NCBI GenBank assembly: GCA_041577335.1
Contig: JBFGJH010000012.1
Span: 46,605 to 66,604 of the forward strand
Source: Acidimicrobiia bacterium
GTDB taxonomy: Bacteria > Actinomycetota > Acidimicrobiia > Spongiisociales > JAENVV01
Length of the DNA: 20,000 nt
Direction: 5' to 3'
Below the pieces are notes generated by a model. That model was not told the DNA's origin. It saw only the letters and a program-made list of their open reading frames with translations, and did no database searches. How positions within the stretch are numbered: the first letter of the stretch is position 1; every line of letters begins with the position of its first letter. Shown in pieces: positions 17,594-20,000 of this stretch. Both the position numbers and the translations under genes were made by a program.

Positions 17594-18716
17594 TCTGTTC
17601 CTCCAGGCCGGTGACGTTAGCTTCTCGGACCGCGCCGGCCGGCCGCTGCAGAACGGCATGGGCCACCCCGACCGCAATGGCATCTTCCTCGGTTCGTACC
17701 GCCCGAAACAGGGCGGCCGCGTCATTCGGGCGAACCCCGATCCGGGGCGCCTCGGCAAGCAGGTCCGACGGGGGATCAGAGGGGCTCCGTCCGAGGCGGG
17801 CCGCCAGCAGCGAACGACCCGACGATTGCAGAGGCTCGAGAGCGGTGGGGTCGGTGCGGGCAAGAGTGTCGCCGACCGAGTCGACGAACAGGTGCCGGGG
17901 TGGGCCGAGGAGGCGCTGGGTGTCTTCGGCGGGTCGCCAACGGATTCCAACCGACATCATGGCGACGGCCGCCGCACCTACCAGGAGAGCCAGCGTCCAC
18001 CGGAGTTGGCTGGTGAGAATCTCGGCGCCCCCGAATGCCGAGGTGAACCCGTGGGCGTACTCGATGAAGCCGGTGGCCCTCCCGTCGGTGATGGCCACCG
18101 CGAAGGCCGCGTTGTCACTGAGGGGGAGGCCATCGTTGAGCAGAAACTCCGAGTCGGCGATGGCCACGATCTCGCCGCTCCCCACCGGAATCAGCAAGGC
18201 GAAGGGAGCGTCGCGTTCCCCGGCAAGTACCTGGGCGCCCGTCCGGGGATTCCACAACCAGCGTGCCGGGCCTGTGATCAAGCCCGTATCCGGCTCGATG
18301 ACCCCGGCGGCGATCTTATGCGTCGTTCCGGTTTGGTCGAACGCCGGTTGGGGAGCTTCGTCGAGGAGTTGCCCGAGCTCGCCGGCCCGGGTTGTGACAA
18401 CCAGTCGCCCGCCGGAGTCCACAAACCGGCGCAGCCGGTCGATATCGGTGAGGAAGAGGGGGGCGTCGATGAGCATGATCGTCTCGTCCGGATCGAGAGG
18501 CGTGGTGAGCTTGGTGATACGTCGCACGGCCTGCCCGTTCTGCTCGAGGAGCTCGGCCAGCGCCGCCGTTCCGGATCCCCGAGTCGAGAACGACGATCCC
18601 TCCGGGCCCGTTTGGAAGCCTGGCGGGAGTAGCTCGTCGGCGAGAGCCAGTCCCACATTGAGTGCGACGAGGGCTGCCGCAGCCACGATGAGGCGCCGCT
18701 TGACCTGCGGTCTCAT
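17577..18716 (-). CDS. DUF4350 domain membrane-anchored protein
   Basis: N-terminal TM, GSGTAALAELLEQNG, LRRFVDSGGRLVV, GSGEIVAIADSEFLLNDGL..DNAAF and a C-terminal TM. Position is immediately upstream of moxR. SD GAGGAG. Confidence 0.8.
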
Positions 18717-19534
18717 CGGCGTGCTCCTCGGAGAACGGTGGACCACGTGGCGCGGCTTTCGCCTTCTTGCTCGGCCGTGGCCGGTTGACCGCCGTAGACG
18801 ATCCGCTCGAACGTCCCGGCGAGCCGATCGAACTCCTCGATGCCCAGCTCTTCAGAGATGCCGCCGTTGGTCGTGACCTCGCCCGCGCTGATGAGCCCGG
18901 CCCTGCCGAGGCGGGCGACGCCGGCTTTGAACCGCACACGGATGGCGGTTGCGAAATCCCCCCTGGCAGCGGCAGCGTCGGCCTCGGCGAACAGCTCGGC
19001 TGGGTCGCGGGCAAGTGATTCCTCTTGGGCGCCGGCCTCCGCCGGCTTGGCGCGTACCGTTCGCCGGCCGACGAGCCATCGAACGGCCAACCCGATCATG
19101 ACGAGCACGCCGACGGCGAGCCCCATCTGGAGCGCGGTTCCCAATGCCGCCAATCCGCTCGCCGGGTTCTCTGCCGCGCTGGGCGAGCTTGGCTCGCCGT
19201 CGAGGCCGTTGGCACCGGCGGATGGTGCTCCACCTTCGTCTGTCGGCGAGCCCGGGTTTCCGTTGGCTCCGGCGCCCCCGCTACCGCTGCCGTCGGCGGT
19301 GCCGCCGTTACCGGGGCTCGTGTCTTGGTTGCTGCTCGGTTGGAACGTGTCGTCCCACCAGCTGGAGAATCTGTCCCACAGGGTGGGCCGGGTCTCTCCG
19401 AATCGGGGCTCGTCGAGGATTCGCTCGGCCCGCTCGCGCTGTGACGCGCCGTCGATGACCTGAACCGAGAATGCGACCGGCCCGAGCGCGAGTGTTGCCA
19501 CCAGCAGTCCGATGAGTGCGAGGGTGCGCATCAT
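18713..19534 (-). CDS. DUF4129 domain protein with signal/TM and Gly/Ser-rich linker
   Basis: AEADAAAARGDFATAIRVRF...TTNG...FERIVYGGQPAT C-terminal domain. ATGA overlap with the upstream gene at 19531-19534. Confidence 0.82.
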   Translation of the reverse strand: MMRTLALIGLLVATLALGPVAFSVQVIDGASQRERAERILDEPRFGETRPTLWDRFSSWWDDTFQPSSNQDTSPGNGGTADGSGSGGAGANGNPGSPTDEGGAPSAGANGLDGEPSSPSAAENPASGLAALGTALQMGLAVGVLVMIGLAVRWLVGRRTVRAKPAEAGAQEESLARDPAELFAEADAAAARGDFATAIRVRFKAGVARLGRAGLISAGEVTTNGGISEELGIEEFDRLAGTFERIVYGGQPATAEQEGESRATWSTVLRGARR

Positions 19535-20000
19535 GAGGGAGCCCATCGCCGTCTGGTGTCCTCGACCATGGTGGCGTCGGCGATCAGCAGGTCGACATCG
19601 AGTGCCTCGGCCCGCACCCGCAGGTCGGTGAAGAGCACGGCACGCGCCGCCAAAGTGACGGGCCAGACGAGTGTGGCGATGATCACGGTGAGCGCGACTG
19701 CCATCAGCCGCGTCGAGTTGGGTTGAAGTGAATAGGGGAGAAAGCCCGGCAATGCCAGGGCAACTGCGAGACCCGCCATCACGCGGAAGCACCACAGCGT
19801 GGCTGTGAATGCAATCACCCTGGCGAAGTCGGTCTTCACGAGATCGACTGAGCGACGGAGTGCATCGAGTGCATCTTGCCGTTCGTTCACGACCGCCGGT
19901 TGCGCCACGGCGCCCAGGGCCGCGGCAATGAGGCCTGGGATGATGAAGAGCAAGAGACCGGCCGCCACTGCCACCATGTAGATCGCCCCGCTGAGAGCAA
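19531..20000 (-). CDS. Membrane protein (Rv3689-like / GPDPase membrane-anchor-like), C-terminal part; truncated by the window edge
   Basis: GLLLFIIPGL...PAVVNERQDALDALRRSVDLV...AVLFTDLRVRAEALD, typical of the first gene of this MoxR cluster. Confidence 0.75.
   Translation of the reverse strand, partial: ALSGAIYMVAVAAGLLLFIIPGLIAAALGAVAQPAVVNERQDALDALRRSVDLVKTDFARVIAFTATLWCFRVMAGLAVALALPGFLPYSLQPNSTRLMAVALTVIIATLVWPVTLAARAVLFTDLRVRAEALDVDLLIADATMVEDTRRRWAPS

Noticed and set aside
17594..17950. N-terminal extension of MoxR
   Set aside because: It overlaps the DUF4350 gene. An SD plus GTG at 17593 gives a normal-length MoxR.

Overview
GC-rich, gene-dense chromosomal window from an actinobacterium. 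The bacterial proteasome activator Bpa indicates Actinomycetota; a narrower assignment such as Acidimicrobiia is only a guess. Left to right: the 5' part of an RpoE-like ECF sigma factor (minus strand, missed by the ORF track, runs off the left edge), mscS, two convergent LapA/DUF1049-like membrane proteins, a three-gene transhydrogenase (pntAA-pntAB-pntB), a lysyl-PG-synthase-TM/flippase-like protein, a secreted spondin-domain protein, an LLM oxidoreductase, a VOC protein, hppD with a divergent Lrp/AsnC regulator, a hypothetical membrane protein, an MFS transporter, yajQ, bpa, and the conserved RDD / SpoIIM(DUF95) / DUF58 / MoxR / DUF4350 / DUF4129 cluster. No mobile element, CRISPR array or structural RNA gene was seen. 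The most notable signal is non-coding. Four copies of an ECF-type promoter (GAAC-N17-[G/C]TCYWA) lie in the first 1.45 kb, including a symmetric back-to-back pair. They suggest a local sigma/MscS/LapA-like envelope-stress regulon, with a possible uORF coupled to mscS. Several genes look leaderless, and Bpa sits directly beside the MoxR cluster.
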